Assembly (NCBI GenBank): GCA_964655375.1
Contig: CAZZNB010000042.1
Location: 8,564 to 72,563 of the forward strand
DNA from: an uncultured Candidatus Saccharibacteria bacterium
GTDB lineage: Bacteria; Patescibacteriota; Minisyncoccia; UBA6257; HR35
Direction of reading: 5' to 3'
DNA length: 64,000 bases
Part shown: piece by piece, positions 51,899-64,000 of the stretch
Layout: each line of letters opens with the position of its first letter
How positions within the stretch are numbered: the stretch's first letter is position 1
The notes under the pieces: generated by a model
Databases searched by the model: none
The model's input: only the letters and a program-made list of their open reading frames with translations
What the model was told of the DNA's origin: nothing
Position numbers and translations under genes: made by a program

Positions 51899-52957
51899 AT
51901 GGAAGAAAAATTGAAAAGAATATTTTATACAGCAAGCCAAAGGAATGCCTCTGATGTCCATATAGTGCCTGCAAGATTTCCTACTTTAAGGATAGATGGT
52001 GAACTTATTAATTTAACGGAAGAAGGAATTTTAACTTCTAAAGAAAGCGAAAAAATGCTTCTTTCATTATTGACAGATGAGCAAATTAAATATCTTAATA
52101 AATTTAAAGATATAGACTTCTCTTTTGATGTTGATGAAAAGATAAGATTAAGAGCTAATATTTATTATCAAAGCAACGGCCTTGCAGGAGCTTTTAGAAT
52201 AATTCCTTCACAAATTAAAACAGTTGAAGAATTAAACTTGCCCCCTGTTTTGAAAGAATTTGTTAAAAAAAGACAAGGTTTTATTTTAATTACAGGGCCT
52301 GCAGGGATGGGCAAGTCAACAACATTAGCAGCTTTAGTAGATGAAATAAATCACTCAAGGCCAGCACATATAATAACTATTGAAGAACCAATTGAATATG
52401 TTTTTACGCCAGATTTAGCTTTAATTTCTCAAAGAGAAATACCTAAAGATGCTCCTAATTGGCATAGAGCATTAAGAGCTGCTTTAAGGGAAGATCCAGA
52501 CGTTATTATGATAGGTGAATTAAGAGATGCGGAATCTATTCAAATAGCCTTAACTGCAGCAGAAACAGGGCACTTAGTTTTAGGAACCCTACATACAAAT
52601 TCTGCTTCTCAAACAATTGATAGAATTTTAGATGTTTTGCCTGAAGGTCAAAAAAATCAAGCAAGATTTCAATTAGCTTCAACTTTAATAGGTATAGTTT
52701 CGCAAAGGTTAGTTCCTAGAATAAAAGAAGGCAGAATACCTGCTTGTGAAGTTTTGATTGCAAATGCTGCTGTAAGGAATTTAATAAGAGAAAATAAAAT
52801 TTATCAAATAGATTTAGTAATAGAAACAAGTTTAGAGCAAGGAATGATAACCTTAGAAAGGTCTTTAGCTACACTAGTCAATTTACAAGAAATAACTTTA
52901 GAAACAGCATTGCAGTTTGCTATTAACATGGATAGGCTAAAAAGTTTATTAACATGA
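51899..52957 (+). CDS. pilT: Twitching-motility retraction ATPase PilT
   Basis: ITGPAGMGKSTT, then GHLVLGTLHT. Confidence 0.9.
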   Translation: MEEKLKRIFYTASQRNASDVHIVPARFPTLRIDGELINLTEEGILTSKESEKMLLSLLTDEQIKYLNKFKDIDFSFDVDEKIRLRANIYYQSNGLAGAFRIIPSQIKTVEELNLPPVLKEFVKKRQGFILITGPAGMGKSTTLAALVDEINHSRPAHIITIEEPIEYVFTPDLALISQREIPKDAPNWHRALRAALREDPDVIMIGELRDAESIQIALTAAETGHLVLGTLHTNSASQTIDRILDVLPEGQKNQARFQLASTLIGIVSQRLVPRIKEGRIPACEVLIANAAVRNLIRENKIYQIDLVIETSLEQGMITLERSLATLVNLQEITLETALQFAINMDRLKSLLT

Positions 52958-54162
52958 AAAAATTCGAATTTAGAGGTTTTGACAAAGAAGGAAATTTTAA
53001 AGTGGGTATTATTCAAGCTGTTGATAAAGAATCAGCTATAAAAACATTACACAGTCAAAATTTAGTAGTTACTTTTATAAAAGAAGTTGGGGAAATTCAA
53101 CCATTAATAACTTGGGGGAATATTTCTTTATTAGATTTAGCATTCTTTTATAGAGCCCTTAAATATTTATTAAAATCAGGAACATCCTTAGATGAAGCAA
53201 TAAAATCTTTAGCAAATCAAACAAATAAATTAAATTTTAAAAGAGTTTTAGAAGATGTGTATAATAACATATTAGCAGGAGTTCCACTTTCACAATCATT
53301 AGAAAAGCATCCAAGTATCTTTGATAAATCAGCCATAAGGCTAATCAGAATAGGAGAACTTTCAGGTAATTTAGAAGAAGTTTTAGAAAATTTAGCTAAA
53401 CATTATGAAAACCAACATAAATTTAAAACAAAATTAATTCAATCTATGTATTATCCAATTATTGTAATTTTGATATTTTTAGTAACGATGTTTGTTTTAT
53501 TTTTCAATGTGATACCTAAAATTGCCAATTTGTTTAAAGAAAATAACCTCACTTTACCATTGGTTACTCAATATTTTGTAATTATCTCAGAATTTTTAGT
53601 TAATAATGGAATTTATGTTTTGCTTTTTTTAATTTTTGTAATCTATATATTAGTTGAATATTTCCGCTCTGATGAAGGGAAATTAGTTTTATATAATTTT
53701 TTATCTAATTTGCCTATTTTTGGGATTCTGTTAAAAGAAATTCAAATATTAAATTTTTTGGAATCACTTTCTTATTTAATAAAAGGTGGGGTACCTATTT
53801 CAGAAAGCTTAAAAATTGTTGGAGAAAGCACAACTAATCCATATTATAAATCAGCGGTTTTATTTATAGCAGAAGAAACAGAAAAAGGTAAACCAATATC
53901 TCTTTCTCTTTCTAATTTTTCTGATCTATTTCCTGGTTTAGTTCAACAAGCCTTTGCTACAGGAGAGAGAACAGGTAATTTATATAATTCTTTGATAACA
54001 ATAATAGATTATTATACAGCTGATTTAGAAAATAGAACTAACAATTTAACTGAAGCCCTTCAGCCATTAATGATAGTAATTTTAGCAGCAGGATTAGTCT
54101 TTGTAGAAATGTCTTTATTATTGCCTATTTCACAACTTGCTAAATCATTAAGTACATATTAA
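52954..54162 (+). CDS. pilC: Type IV pilus platform protein PilC
   Basis: GspF-like duplicated domains; 402 aa. Confidence 0.85.
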   Translation: MKKFEFRGFDKEGNFKVGIIQAVDKESAIKTLHSQNLVVTFIKEVGEIQPLITWGNISLLDLAFFYRALKYLLKSGTSLDEAIKSLANQTNKLNFKRVLEDVYNNILAGVPLSQSLEKHPSIFDKSAIRLIRIGELSGNLEEVLENLAKHYENQHKFKTKLIQSMYYPIIVILIFLVTMFVLFFNVIPKIANLFKENNLTLPLVTQYFVIISEFLVNNGIYVLLFLIFVIYILVEYFRSDEGKLVLYNFLSNLPIFGILLKEIQILNFLESLSYLIKGGVPISESLKIVGESTTNPYYKSAVLFIAEETEKGKPISLSLSNFSDLFPGLVQQAFATGERTGNLYNSLITIIDYYTADLENRTNNLTEALQPLMIVILAAGLVFVEMSLLLPISQLAKSLSTY

Positions 54163-54163
54163 G

Positions 54164-54207
54164 TTATCCACAATTTAATTTTCAATTAAATTTTTTTATT
54201 GTATAAT
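54164..54207 (+). promoter_or_regulatory. Candidate promoter for the pilin gene, preceded by a TTATCCACA box
   Basis: TTATCCACA at 54164-54172, then 8 nt, then TTCAAT, a 15-nt spacer, and TATAAT at 54202-54207. AGAGGTCG lies at 54226-54233. Confidence 0.45.
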
Positions 54208-54262
54208 TTATTATATAAATAATTTAGAGGTCGAATTAATAAAAAAATAAAATAATTAAAAA

Positions 54263-54742
54263 ATGAATAAAAAAGCATTTACTTTAGTCGAATTAGCAGT
54301 AGTTCTTTTAGTAATAGGTATTTTAGCAGGTCTATTATTAAGAAACTTAGGAGGCTTTACATCTTCAGCTAGGGATCAAAGAAGAATAGGAGATTTAAGG
54401 AATGTTTCTGCGTATATTACATCTTATTATTCAAGACAAGGTCAATATCCAACTGCCACCAATTGGGCTGATTTAGAAAATCAATTAAGGAATGCAGGTG
54501 TATTAGGGCCTGGCGTTAATTTACCAAGAGATCCATCTTCTCCTAATAGAGATTATGAATATGCTCATTGTACTTCAGCAGGAGGAGTAATCACTAATTA
54601 TATATTGAGAGCTGTCTTAGAAGCTTCAAGAGACCAAGCTCCTCAATTATACCAAGGTGCTATAACAAACATCCCACCTGAACTAACGTGCAATCCTAGT
54701 ATTACTTGTGGTGGAAATAACGAGTATTGCCTCTTATTCTAA
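54263..54742 (+). CDS. Type IV pilin, candidate major pilin
   Basis: MNKKAFTLVELAVVLLVIGILAGLLL with C-terminal Cys pairs. Relatively G+C-rich. Confidence 0.8.
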   Translation: MNKKAFTLVELAVVLLVIGILAGLLLRNLGGFTSSARDQRRIGDLRNVSAYITSYYSRQGQYPTATNWADLENQLRNAGVLGPGVNLPRDPSSPNRDYEYAHCTSAGGVITNYILRAVLEASRDQAPQLYQGAITNIPPELTCNPSITCGGNNEYCLLF

Positions 54743-54760
54743 AATTTAAATAATTAATTA

Positions 54761-55606
54761 ATGTTATATTTTATATGGGGATTATTTTGGGGTTCATTTT
54801 TAAATACTGCTGCATATAGATTAGTTAGAAAGGAAGAGTTTATTTATACTAAATCTAAATGTCCGTATTGTGGGAAAATTTTGAAGTGGTATGAGTTAAT
54901 TCCTTTGATAAGTTTCATTGTTCAAAAAGGAAAATGTAGAAATTGTAAAAATAAAATATCTTTAAGATATCCTATAGCCGAGTTAATAACAGGATTGTTT
55001 ACTTATGGTTGTGCAGCAAAAGCTGGATTATTGATGAATTTAAATTTTTATAATTTTGCTTTTTTCCTTTATGTTTTATTTTTTTATTCAATTTTATTTG
55101 TTTTAGCATTATATGATTTAGAAACTTTTTATATTGAAGAAAAAACATTTTATTTCGGAATAATTGGTTGGTTAATTTTTGCAATTATTTTTTTATTTAT
55201 TCCTCCACCTAAATTTGAATTAACCAATGGTTTTAACTATTTTTTAAATTTACCCGTAAAGCAAACAAAGTTTTCTTTTATATTAAACTCTTTATTTAGA
55301 GGATTCATTTTTTCTGTTTTTATTTTGCTTCTTTTTGTTTTTACTTTGGGGAAAGGTATAGGTTTAGGAGATCTTAAAATCGCTTTCTTTTCAGCTCTTT
55401 TTTTAAATTTTGGAGATATGATTGCTTTAATTTTACTTTCTTCATTTTTAGGAAGTATTATAGGTATATATAAAATAATTAAAAATAAAAAATTTTTTAA
55501 TGAAATTCCTTTTATCCCTTTAGTTTTTGCAAGCGCTTTTATATTGTTATTTTTAGGAGAATATTTGTTTTATCAATTTAATAATTTTATGTTAAAATTA
55601 AATTGA
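54761..55606 (+). CDS. pilD: Prepilin peptidase PilD (A24 family)
   Basis: N-terminal CPYCGK...CRNCKN zinc motif and polytopic membrane domains. Confidence 0.8.
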   Translation: MLYFIWGLFWGSFLNTAAYRLVRKEEFIYTKSKCPYCGKILKWYELIPLISFIVQKGKCRNCKNKISLRYPIAELITGLFTYGCAAKAGLLMNLNFYNFAFFLYVLFFYSILFVLALYDLETFYIEEKTFYFGIIGWLIFAIIFLFIPPPKFELTNGFNYFLNLPVKQTKFSFILNSLFRGFIFSVFILLLFVFTLGKGIGLGDLKIAFFSALFLNFGDMIALILLSSFLGSIIGIYKIIKNKKFFNEIPFIPLVFASAFILLFLGEYLFYQFNNFMLKLN

Positions 55607-56220
55607 TGAATAGAAAAAGCTTTACCTTATTTGAGTCAACCGTAGTTTTACTTATTTCAACACTTATTTTAGGAACAGCATTTACCTTAACGATGATAAA
55701 TAAAAAATTTTATGAATTTCAAAAAACAAAATTATTGTTAGCTGAAAATTTAAAAATAGCACAAGATTTGAGCTTTAAAAAAATTGAATTATCCGATCCT
55801 ACTTCAACTGTTTGCGGGGTAGGTATTTTAATAACAAAATCAGGTTATATAGGAATAGCTTATGCTACAGCTACTTTAGATTGCTATAAAATAGCAAGTA
55901 ATACGCCGGAAGAATTTAATTTTACTTCAAAAAAACCAGATCTATTTTTTACGAAAACATTGCAAATTGTTAGAGATGAAAATCACCCCTTACTAGTAAG
56001 AGAAGGCTTTGAAAATATTCAAATTCAATATTCTACTGGAACTGCTTTAAATGACTTTAACTCATCTTCTATTCTATTCATACATCCTTATGGAGATCCT
56101 CTAATATATATTGATAATAATAAAATAGATTTTGATAGAGAATTTAAGCTAATATTCAAAGAAAATAATGAGCATGCAACAATTACAATCACAACAGCAG
56201 GGCAGATTATTGCTAAATAG
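55603..56220 (+). CDS. Pseudopilin / minor pilin
   Basis: MMNRKSFTLFESTVVLLI. Confidence 0.65.
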   Translation: MMNRKSFTLFESTVVLLISTLILGTAFTLTMINKKFYEFQKTKLLLAENLKIAQDLSFKKIELSDPTSTVCGVGILITKSGYIGIAYATATLDCYKIASNTPEEFNFTSKKPDLFFTKTLQIVRDENHPLLVREGFENIQIQYSTGTALNDFNSSSILFIHPYGDPLIYIDNNKIDFDREFKLIFKENNEHATITITTAGQIIAK

Positions 56221-56668
56221 AAGCCAAACTATAGTAGAAATTTTTATAGCCTTGATGATATTTTCAATTGCCTTTATAAGCTTAATAGTTCTAGTAAATA
56301 ATTACATAAAAATACTTAAAGCAGCTAAAGATAGAATAATAGCCAATTTTTTAGCTCAAGAAGGAATAGATTTAGTAATTGCTAAAAGAAATATAAATAA
56401 AGCTCAAAAACTTAATTGGCTTGATGGTTTTTACAATAATTTTTGTATAGATATAAATTTAAATATCATTCAATCAAATGATATATCAAATTGCCCTCTT
56501 TATATCAATAATAACCAATTTACACATACTCCTTCATCCACTTCTACTACTTTTAGTAGGTTAATATCTTTAACAACCTCTACACATATAGCTACAGTTA
56601 CAAGTATGGTTCAATTTGAAGATCAAACAGTTGAATTGCAAACAATTATTACAGATTGGATACCATGA
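56168..56668 (+). CDS. Pseudopilin / minor pilin; the true start is probably a TTG near 56210
   Basis: A TTG start would give MLNRSQTIVEIFIALMIF, a canonical short prepilin leader. The annotated ATG adds an atypical Gln-rich 14-aa extension. Confidence 0.55.
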   Translation: MSMQQLQSQQQGRLLLNRSQTIVEIFIALMIFSIAFISLIVLVNNYIKILKAAKDRIIANFLAQEGIDLVIAKRNINKAQKLNWLDGFYNNFCIDINLNIIQSNDISNCPLYINNNQFTHTPSSTSTTFSRLISLTTSTHIATVTSMVQFEDQTVELQTIITDWIP

Positions 56669-57182
56669 AAAAAAGAAGCTTTACTGTTTTAGAGGTAATG
56701 ACAGCAATTTTAATATTTTTAATAGGAATTGGTGTAATTGCTGGAATGTACGTCAATTTAGTAAAACATTATTTAATTTCTCAAAATATTCAAATAGCTT
56801 TAGGAAATGTTAAGTTAGCCTTAGAAAAGATTTGGAGAGAAATGAAATACGGTATAAATTTTTCAACTACTACTAATGGATTAATATATCAAAGAATAAC
56901 AGATTGTAAAAAAGTAACAATTAGCTATGAACCAACTTCAAAGTCAATTTTATATATTTTAGATAATAACACATCAACTTTAATAGACCCTGAATATTTT
57001 GAAGTTAACAATTTTTCAGTTTATGCTACAGGTAGCTTAGCTAATTCAGGAGATTACAATATAACTTCTTTCAAGTTAATTACTATTTCTTTAGGAGGAA
57101 TTGCAAGAGCTAAATCTATTGATGTTCCCGTCAATTTACAAATTTCAGTCGCTCCTATTAATAGTGTTTTTGCTTCAACAAC

Positions 57183-57195
<13 letters not shown>
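56656..57195 (+). CDS. Pseudopilin / minor pilin
   Basis: MDTMKKRSFTVLEVMTAILIFLIGIG. Confidence 0.65.
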
Positions 57196-60262
<3,067 letters not shown>

Positions 60263-60275
60263 AAATTTTTTAAAG

Positions 60276-61478
60276 TCAAGACTTGTGGAATTTAGGAATT
60301 ATCTTAAAGGTTAAGAACTTTGTAAAAAATACAGCTGTTAACATGCTTGTTAAAACTCCTAATCCTAATGTTAATGCAAATCCTTTTACAAAAGATGTTG
60401 TTAAAATATACATAAAAATAACCGAGATTATTGTTGATATATTTGAGTCTCTTATAGAAGGCCATGCTCTATTAAATCCTAATTCTAAAGCTGAATTAAT
60501 TTTATTTCTTTTCAGTTCTTCTTTAATTCTTTCAGCAATTAATATGTTAGCGTCAACTGCCATTCCTATCGATAAAATAAAACCTGTTATACCAGCTAAA
60601 GAAAGTACTACTCCCAAGATCTTATATATAAATAAATTAAGAAAAATATACAAAATTAAAGCAATTACAGCTACTACCCCTTGTAGTCGATAATAAAAAA
60701 TCATAAACAGAGCAACTAAAATAAACCCAATAATACCCCCTTTTATTGAAAACATTAAAAATTTTTCACCTAATTCAGGAGCAACTACAGAAACCCCTAT
60801 CAACTTTAAGGGAACAGGTAATGCTCCTTGTTTTAATCTATAAGCCAATTCTTTTGCTTCTAACCAAGTAAAATTTCCTTCTATAATTGCTTTTCCTCCA
60901 GAAATCTTTTCTCTTACTACAGGTACAGAAATGGGTTCATTATCTAAGTAAATAGCAATTGGCTGGTTGATATATTTTTCTGTTAGATTTTCAAATATTT
61001 TAGCGCCTTCTTTATTAAATTCTAATTCCACTACAGGGAAACCTGTTTGTGTATTTAAAACAGCATTAGCATTTATTAAATACTTACCTGTAAGTTCTGA
61101 AGGAACAAAGATAGTAGTTGTTCCTGTTTGTAAGGGAACTCTGAATTCTAAAACAGGAGTAGAGCCTATCATATCAATTGCAATTTTAGGGTCTTTTATA
61201 TGAGGTATTTCTACAATAATTCTTCCTGAATTAGAATAACTTATATTTGTTTCAGAAATTCCTAAAGCATTAATCCTTCTTTCAATTAAATCTTTAATTG
61301 AAACTAATGTATCACCGATCTCATTATTTTTTATATTAGATAAATCTGCATTATAATATAAAATAACACCACCTGCTAAATCTAAACCAAATTTGAACCT
61401 CAAAAAATTAGTAAATACAAAAAATGTACTTATTATAAAAATAACGGTAAAAATAATTAAATAATATTCTGTTTTCAT
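60276..61478 (-). CDS. secD: Protein translocase subunit SecD
   Basis: FGLDLAGGV, GMAVDANILIAERIKEE and 6 C-terminal TM helices. Confidence 0.7.
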   Translation of the reverse strand: MKTEYYLIIFTVIFIISTFFVFTNFLRFKFGLDLAGGVILYYNADLSNIKNNEIGDTLVSIKDLIERRINALGISETNISYSNSGRIIVEIPHIKDPKIAIDMIGSTPVLEFRVPLQTGTTTIFVPSELTGKYLINANAVLNTQTGFPVVELEFNKEGAKIFENLTEKYINQPIAIYLDNEPISVPVVREKISGGKAIIEGNFTWLEAKELAYRLKQGALPVPLKLIGVSVVAPELGEKFLMFSIKGGIIGFILVALFMIFYYRLQGVVAVIALILYIFLNLFIYKILGVVLSLAGITGFILSIGMAVDANILIAERIKEELKRNKINSALELGFNRAWPSIRDSNISTIISVIFMYILTTSFVKGFALTLGLGVLTSMLTAVFFTKFLTFKIIPKFHKS

Positions 61479-61487
61479 AATTTAAAA

Positions 61488-63041
61488 TTATATCAAAGGC
61501 TCTCCCTCCCAATCATGTGGTATTTCTAAATTTAATAATTTTAATATTGTAGGAGCAATATTTATTAAGCTTCCTTTTATTTTTTTCTCTTCAATTCTTC
61601 TTTCATTACTCTTTTTTTCTATATAAAAATTTTTGTTTATTATATAACAAGGTACAGGATTTACATCATGGGTAGTCTGTGGTTCTCCAGTTTTTAAATT
61701 TATCATACTTTCTATATTTCCATGATCACTTGTAAGGATCATAACCCAATCCTCTTTATTTATTATTTCATTGTAAATCCTTTTCATCTCATAATTTAAT
61801 CCCTCAACTACTTTTATAGCTAAATTTATATCTCCTGTATGGCCAATAATATCAGGGGCAGAATAATTAGCAGCAATAAAAGCATAAATATTTTCTTTAA
61901 TGCCATTAATAATAAGCTCAGTAATTAATTTGCTTTGTAAAAGCGGATTTTCTTTAAAACCTTTCTCGCTTGGTGGCAAAATTTTCCAATATTCACCAGG
62001 ATGAGGTTCATTCACAAATCCATTAAAAAAATAAGTCAAATGATAAGCCTTATATCTTTCTGCTATTTTTAGTTGTAATAAATTATTTTCAGAGATAATT
62101 TTAGATATACTGGTATAAATCTTAATAGGAGGAAAAGCTACAGGATAGTCGATATTTTCCAAATATCTTGTCATAGAAGCTATAAATAAATTATTTTTAG
62201 ATGTTCTTTTAAAATATGGGAATTCTATTTCTAAAAAAGCTCTAGCAAGTTGTAACATTCCGTCAGGTCTAAAATTAAAAAAGAAAATTGCATCATTGTC
62301 TTTTACGATTCCATCTTTTTCAATTAAAAGAGGCTCTAAATTTTCATCTATGAAATTAGGATTATTTTCATAAATATTTTTTATATAAGATTTATAGTCT
62401 TCTACTTCTCTGCCTACTCCTTCTGTTATCAAATAAAATGCAACCTGAGTTTTAATCTTCCAATATTCGTTTCTGTCCATCCCATATGTTCTTCCACATA
62501 ATGTAGCTATTTTACCAACCCCGCTTCTTGTTATTTCCTTTTCTAGTTTTTCTAACAAACTCAATCCTGATTGTGGTGGGCTATCTTTACCATCTAAAAA
62601 TAGATGTAAATAGACTCTATAAAAGTTATTTTTTTTAAAAAAATCTAATAGAGCTATTAAATGTTCGTAAGCAGAATGAATTATTCCTTCTGTTAGTAAG
62701 CCTACTAAATGGACTCTACTGTTATATTTTCGAGCATGATCTAAGCAAGCTATTAAAACTTCATTTTTAAAAAAACTACCATCTCTTATTGCTAAAGTTA
62801 TTCTAGGATAGTTTTGATAATAAACTTTCCCAATCCCCATACATAAATGCCCAACTTCACTATTTCCTTCTTCTTTCCAGGGTAATCCTACAGCTATACC
62901 AGAGGCTTGGAGAAGATAAAATGGAAAATGATCTTTTATAAATTCAAAAAAATCTTTTTCTTTTGCTAAATATATAGGATTACTATAATCATTTCTACCT
63001 TCTCCCCAACCATCCAAAATTATTAATAAAACCTTTCTCAT
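61488..63041 (-). CDS. gpmI: 2,3-bisphosphoglycerate-independent phosphoglycerate mutase
   Basis: MRKVLLIILDGWGEG and an alkaline-phosphatase-like core; 517 aa. Confidence 0.85.
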   Translation of the reverse strand: MRKVLLIILDGWGEGRNDYSNPIYLAKEKDFFEFIKDHFPFYLLQASGIAVGLPWKEEGNSEVGHLCMGIGKVYYQNYPRITLAIRDGSFFKNEVLIACLDHARKYNSRVHLVGLLTEGIIHSAYEHLIALLDFFKKNNFYRVYLHLFLDGKDSPPQSGLSLLEKLEKEITRSGVGKIATLCGRTYGMDRNEYWKIKTQVAFYLITEGVGREVEDYKSYIKNIYENNPNFIDENLEPLLIEKDGIVKDNDAIFFFNFRPDGMLQLARAFLEIEFPYFKRTSKNNLFIASMTRYLENIDYPVAFPPIKIYTSISKIISENNLLQLKIAERYKAYHLTYFFNGFVNEPHPGEYWKILPPSEKGFKENPLLQSKLITELIINGIKENIYAFIAANYSAPDIIGHTGDINLAIKVVEGLNYEMKRIYNEIINKEDWVMILTSDHGNIESMINLKTGEPQTTHDVNPVPCYIINKNFYIEKKSNERRIEEKKIKGSLINIAPTILKLLNLEIPHDWEGEPLI

Positions 63042-63110
63042 TTTGAGCTATTTAAAAATATTTATAATATTATAATATGAGGGCCGAAATTTATATTTAC
63101 AAAATTTACC

Positions 63111-64000
63111 ATGAACATTGTATTTCAACTGTCTTTTATGATATTGTATTTTGTAATTTTTACTATAGGTATAATAGTAGGGATTTTAATAAGATATCTT
63201 TTTATCAGGAAAAAAACAGAATCTATAGAATACAAACTTAAGTTAAGAATAGAAGAGCTTAAAAGGAAAGAACAAGAACTTTTACTTGAAGCAGAAAAGA
63301 AGGCATTTGAATTGTTAGAATCTGCTAAAAAAGAAAAAGAAGAGATATTAAAAGATTTGAAAATAAGAGAAGAAAGAATAATTAAAAAAGAAGAACTTAT
63401 TGAGAAGAAGGAAAGAGAAATAGAGGAAGAAAAAGAAAAGTATAAAAATCTGATGCAAGAAATAGAGAATAAAGAGAAGGAATATTTAAGATTAAAAGAA
63501 GAATATGAAAGCAAATTACAAAATATTGCAGAAATAAGCAAAGAAAAAGCCCTTGAAATTTTATTTCAGCAGCTAGAGAAGGAAAATGAAAATATTTTAG
63601 CTAAAAGAATAAGTAAATTGTTAAATAACCAAAGAGAAGAAATAGAAAAGAAAGCCCAAGAGGTGATTTTAGAAGTCCTTCCTAGATATAGTAGATCAGT
63701 GGCGAGTGAATTTAATATAACTGTTGTAAATCTTCCAAGCGAAGAAATGAAAGGCAGAATTATAGGAAAAGAAGGTAGAAATATTAGATATTTTGAAAAA
63801 TTAGCAGGCGTGCAATTGATTATAGATGAAACCCCAGAATTAGTAACAATTTCTTCTTTTGATCCTATAAGAAGAGAGATAGCTAGATTAGCATTAGAAA
63901 AATTGATTAAAGACGGGAGAATTCAACCAGCCACTATAGAAGAAGCAATTTTATCTGCTAAGAATCAAGTAGAGGAAGAAATTAAAAAAGCTGGTAAATC
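63111..64000 (+). CDS. rny: Ribonuclease Y, 5' partial running off the window end; not in the supplied ORF track
   Basis: My own translation gives an N-terminal TM (MNIVFQLSFMILYFVIFTIGIIVGILI), a long coiled coil and a KH domain (GRIIGKEGRNIRYFEKLAGVQLIIDETPE). There is no stop codon before position 64000. Confidence 0.8.
   Translation, partial: MNIVFQLSFMILYFVIFTIGIIVGILIRYLFIRKKTESIEYKLKLRIEELKRKEQELLLEAEKKAFELLESAKKEKEEILKDLKIREERIIKKEELIEKKEREIEEEKEKYKNLMQEIENKEKEYLRLKEEYESKLQNIAEISKEKALEILFQQLEKENENILAKRISKLLNNQREEIEKKAQEVILEVLPRYSRSVASEFNITVVNLPSEEMKGRIIGKEGRNIRYFEKLAGVQLIIDETPELVTISSFDPIRREIARLALEKLIKDGRIQPATIEEAILSAKNQVEEEIKKAGK

Noticed and set aside
2476-54172. TTATCCACA boxes interpreted as a replication origin (oriC)
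   Set aside because: The boxes are single and dispersed at 2476, 25212, 48680 and 54164. They are not clustered with an AT-rich unwinding element, and no dnaA or dnaN gene is nearby. A promoter-associated regulatory role fits better.
63043-63076. Sigma70-type promoter call for rny (TTGAGC...TAATAT/TATAAT)
   Set aside because: The spacing to the best -10 hexamers is 16 or 22 nt and the -35 is weak. In this A/T-rich DNA such matches are not distinguishable from background, so only the downstream AGGGCCG element is reported.

Overview
This 64 kb window is AT-rich and gene-dense, and almost all of it is core housekeeping functions. The combination of traits points to a small-genome bacterium of the Candidate Phyla Radiation (Patescibacteria) type, although lineage cannot be assigned from sequence alone. 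The traits are a single 16S rRNA gene unlinked from any 23S or tRNA, a degenerate 16S anti-Shine-Dalgarno tail with genes lacking Shine-Dalgarno sequences, an archaeal-type TyrRS, an archease, a short IF2, and a type IV pilus / ComFC DNA-uptake locus with many pilin-like proteins including a pilin fused to a beta-propeller.

Contents, in order:
- Start to 17.4 kb: the 3' end of a diadenylate cyclase gene; a 16S rRNA (about 472-2004) flanked by a perfect 28-bp processing stem; a CheY-like receiver next to a pilin gene; fmt-def, pth, lepB, hisS, a HIT protein and rpsU; an FtsA-like ATPase; an rpsO-NYN-pnp-membrane protein-DksA/TraR operon; xerD; rplJ-rplL with an L10 leader.
- 17.2-21.2 kb: three tRNAs (Glu, Cys, Leu-TAG) and an infB-rbfA operon that ends in a pilin-fused beta-propeller protein.
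- 21.4-29.7 kb: ychF, a RodZ-like protein, ftsK, a G+C-rich secreted protein with a peptidoglycan-binding domain, and an O-antigen-ligase (Wzy_C)-like protein with TPR repeats.
- 29.8-42.4 kb: rpoB-rpoC-tuf-rpsJ-rplC-rplD-rplW, followed abruptly by an ATP-cone protein, a TraD/VirD4-like ATPase and efp.
- 42.5-47.8 kb: trpS, tyrS, a NUDIX hydrolase, an archease, rpmA, tpiA, rsmE and comFC.
- 47.7-57.7 kb: a complete pilM-N-O-B-T-C, pilin, pilD and four-pseudopilin locus.
- 57.7-64.0 kb: ligA, greA, secD, gpmI, and the 5' part of rny.

Most notable, all with unknown function:
(i) The ATP-cone + TM-less coupling-protein-like ATPase + efp module, which truncates the normally invariant S10 operon after rplW.
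(ii) A shared promoter architecture upstream of the two pilin genes and the major surface-protein gene: a DnaA-box-identical 9-mer TTATCCACA, 7-8 nt, a -35 element, 15-17 nt, TATAAT.
(iii) A recurrent AGGYCG...ATTAAA element 18-35 nt upstream of several start codons.
(iv) The SD-less and anti-SD-less translation signature.

No CRISPR array, prophage, IS element or toxin-antitoxin pair was recognised.
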